Shown here: piece after piece, positions 61,799 through 64,000 of the stretch | How positions within the stretch are numbered: position 1 is the stretch's first letter | Layout of the letters: each line of letters starts with the position of its first letter | From: Octopus sinensis | Taxonomy: Eukaryota | NCBI RefSeq assembly: GCF_006345805.1 | Contig: NC_043008.1 | Location: 31,124,001 to 31,188,000 of the forward strand | Direction of reading: 5' to 3' | Length of the DNA: 64,000 bases | Notes under the pieces: model-generated | What the model was told of the DNA's origin: nothing | Seen by the model: only the letters and a program-made list of their open reading frames with translations | The model's database searches: none | Made by a program: the position numbers and the translations under genes

Positions 61799-64000
61799 TA
61801 GTTTTATTTTTATAGCGTGCTTTCACTTCACTACCGAGCGCAGCTCTGTGTGCCTTGGGTATGTGCTGTGATTTGTTGTGATGCTCTGATGGTTATTGTA
61901 TGGAAAGTGTTCTGCGTAGGATGTGTGCAGTGCCTAGTAGTGCAATTTTCTGTATGTTATATGTGTTTGTAAGTCCTGGTGTTTTTGTTATGTATTTGTC
62001 TGGATATTTTTTTATCATGCCTAATGCACCTACTATGATAGGAATTGTTTCTGTTTTCAGATTCCACATTCTAGTTACCTCTATTTCCAGGTCTTTGTAT
62101 TTTGAGAGTTTCTCCATTTCTTTTAGAGACACGTTGTCATCAGCCGGTATTGATACATCAATTAGAAAGCATTTTTTTTCTTCATGATCTCTGACAACTA
62201 TATCTGGTCTGTTGGCCTTAATTTTTCTATCTGTGTGTATCGGCATATCCCAGTGTATGATTGCTTTCTCGTTTTCTGTGACCTTTTCTGGTGTGTGCCT
62301 ATACCATCTTTTTTCTGTTGTTATTCCATAATGTTGGCATAGCTTCCAGTGTATGTAGGTTCCAACTCTGTCATGTCTGTGAATATATTCCTTCTTAGCC
62401 AGGACTGGGCAGCTAGAGATAATATGATTTATTGTTTCTTGTCCATCTCCACATATTCTGCAGTTACTTGTAATATTTCTTTTCATTACATGTTTTTGGT
62501 AATTTCTGGTGGGGAGGCTTTGGTCTTGTGCTGCAATTAAAAATCCTTCAGTCTCTGCTTTGAGTCCTGAGCTTCTCAACCATTGCTGGGATTTTTCTTT
62601 GTCTATTTCTTTTGCGTTTAGTTTAGTCCAGTATTTACCATGAAGGGGCTTTTCTTGCCATCGTTTTATCATGGTTCGTTGCTGTTCTCTTTTTAGTTTG
62701 GATTTCATTTGTTTTATAGCTTTTGTTGTTTCTTCATCTTCTTCTTCTTCTTCATGTTTATTAGGTGGTATGATTTCTTGTTTGTATTTGTCAGCTTCCT
62801 TAAATACTGAGAACAGTTTTTTGTTTTGCTCGTGTTTTGCCGCTATCTGGATCAGTTTTCCTTCCTTCTGAAGTAGATATTTTTGCAGTCCGATGGTGGT
62901 TATTTTATAGTAGTTTTCCAGCTGTATATATAGTCTTTCTATGTCAGATTTTGGGTGATGCATCCTAGATCCTGTCATTATTTTTCTTGTTTTCCTATCT
63001 ATTTTGGTCAGTTCATTTCGTGTCCAGTTAAGGATATTGTAGCTGTAACTTATAACTGGGACAGCTAAAGTGTTGATACCTATTATCTTGTTTTTAGCAT
63101 TGAGCCCTGTGTTTAGTATTGATCTAACTCGTCTATAATATTCTTTTTTTATTTTCTCTTTCATTTGTGTGTGTTGTGTCTTATCTAGTTCATGGATTCC
63201 TAAGTATTTGTAAGTTTGGCTTTGGTCTAATTCTTTTATTTCATTGGTTTTATCTAGTGTGATGTTATTACTCTTAACTAGTTTTCCTCTTTTCAGGGTT
63301 ACTTTGGCGCATTTTTCTAATCCAAATTTCATATCTATTTCTTTGGTAAATCCATGAACTGTCTTTAATAGTGTTTCCAGCTGTTTGTCATTTGCAGCGT
63401 ATAGTTTTAGGTCATCCATATATAAAAGGTGGCTGATCGTTTTGCCGTAACATTTATATCCGGATCCAGTTCTATTTAGCATATCAGATAGAGGTGACAG
63501 TGCCAAGCAGAAAAGGAGTGGAGAGAGCGTGTCTCCCTGGAATATTCCTCTTCTAATGGGGAAGTCTTTGGTTTTCATGAGTCCCTCTTTTGTTTGGAGG
63601 TGTAGGACTGTTTGCCATTTTTTCATAGAGTGCTCTATGAATTTTATGATTGTTGGTGCTACTTTGTTAATGGCTAGTGTTTCGAGGATCCATGTGTGGG
63701 GGATGCTATCAAACGCCTTTTTGTAGTCAATCCAGGCCATACTGAGGCCTTTCTTCTTTCTGTGGCTGTCTTCAGTTATGGCTTTATTAATCATTAGTTG
63801 ATCTTTACAGCCATATGAGCCTTTGCGGCATCCTTTCTGCTCTTCTGGGAACAGTTTGTTTTCGTCCAGGTGCTTGTTCAGCCTTTGTGATATCACTGCA
63901 ATAAATGCCTTGAACATAGTAGGGAGGCAGGTTATTGGTCTGTAGTTTTCTGGTTTTTCTGTTTCACTTGATTTGGGAATTAAGATGGTTTTCCCCTTCG
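61740..64000 (-). mobile_element. R4/Dong-type RLE non-LTR retrotransposon, 3' portion; continues beyond the window
   Basis: Open ORF, 96-nt 3' UTR (61797-61892) and (TAA)n tail (61740-61795). Confidence 0.93.
61893..64000 (-). CDS. RT - CCHC zinc knuckle - restriction-like endonuclease polyprotein (partial; frame open to the window edge)
   Basis: NYRPITCLPT, EQKG, DYKKAFDSI, GIFQGDTLSPLLF, YMDD, YKYLG, CRICGDGQETINHIISSC, RHD, RPDIVV, LIDVSIP...KLSKY. Confidence 0.93.
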   Translation of the reverse strand, partial: KGKTILIPKSSETEKPENYRPITCLPTMFKAFIAVISQRLNKHLDENKLFPEEQKGCRKGSYGCKDQLMINKAITEDSHRKKKGLSMAWIDYKKAFDSIPHTWILETLAINKVAPTIIKFIEHSMKKWQTVLHLQTKEGLMKTKDFPIRRGIFQGDTLSPLLFCLALSPLSDMLNRTGSGYKCYGKTISHLLYMDDLKLYAANDKQLETLLKTVHGFTKEIDMKFGLEKCAKVTLKRGKLVKSNNITLDKTNEIKELDQSQTYKYLGIHELDKTQHTQMKEKIKKEYYRRVRSILNTGLNAKNKIIGINTLAVPVISYSYNILNWTRNELTKIDRKTRKIMTGSRMHHPKSDIERLYIQLENYYKITTIGLQKYLLQKEGKLIQIAAKHEQNKKLFSVFKEADKYKQEIIPPNKHEEEEEDEETTKAIKQMKSKLKREQQRTMIKRWQEKPLHGKYWTKLNAKEIDKEKSQQWLRSSGLKAETEGFLIAAQDQSLPTRNYQKHVMKRNITSNCRICGDGQETINHIISSCPVLAKKEYIHRHDRVGTYIHWKLCQHYGITTEKRWYRHTPEKVTENEKAIIHWDMPIHTDRKIKANRPDIVVRDHEEKKCFLIDVSIPADDNVSLKEMEKLSKYKDLEIEVTRMWNLKTETIPIIVGALGMIKKYPDKYITKTPGLTNTYNIQKIALLGTAHILRRTLSIQ

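Overview
AT-rich, extremely microsatellite-dense eukaryotic DNA. The SINE families and repeat landscape suggest a coleoid cephalopod such as Octopus (inference). I found no recognisable host exon, tRNA gene, functional rRNA gene or CRISPR array. Most ORF-track entries are artefacts of simple repeats or antisense frames of transposons. The window is a mosaic of mobile elements: Penelope-like retroelement (PLE) fragments; a near-intact Crypton tyrosine-recombinase transposon; an apparently intact R4/Dong-type RLE retrotransposon running off the right edge, plus two decayed relatives; three L1/Tx1-type LINE copies; Tc1, mariner, DD37D/maT, pogo and hAT DNA transposon remnants; and several SINE families, one 5S rRNA-headed. 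Two signals stand out. (1) Type I hammerhead ribozymes readable directly from the sequence (802-857, 3840-3900, 4178-4238, 4594-4631, 13582-13643, 41878-41922, plus relics), several inside ORF-less inverted-repeat modules bordered by simple repeats. (2) The Crypton, which carries a 41-bp-arm palindrome with a loxP/FRT-like core (12-bp arms, 8-bp spacer) whose arm motif recurs, inverted, at the other end of the element. All protein and family calls are by eye from motifs; no database search or folding was run.
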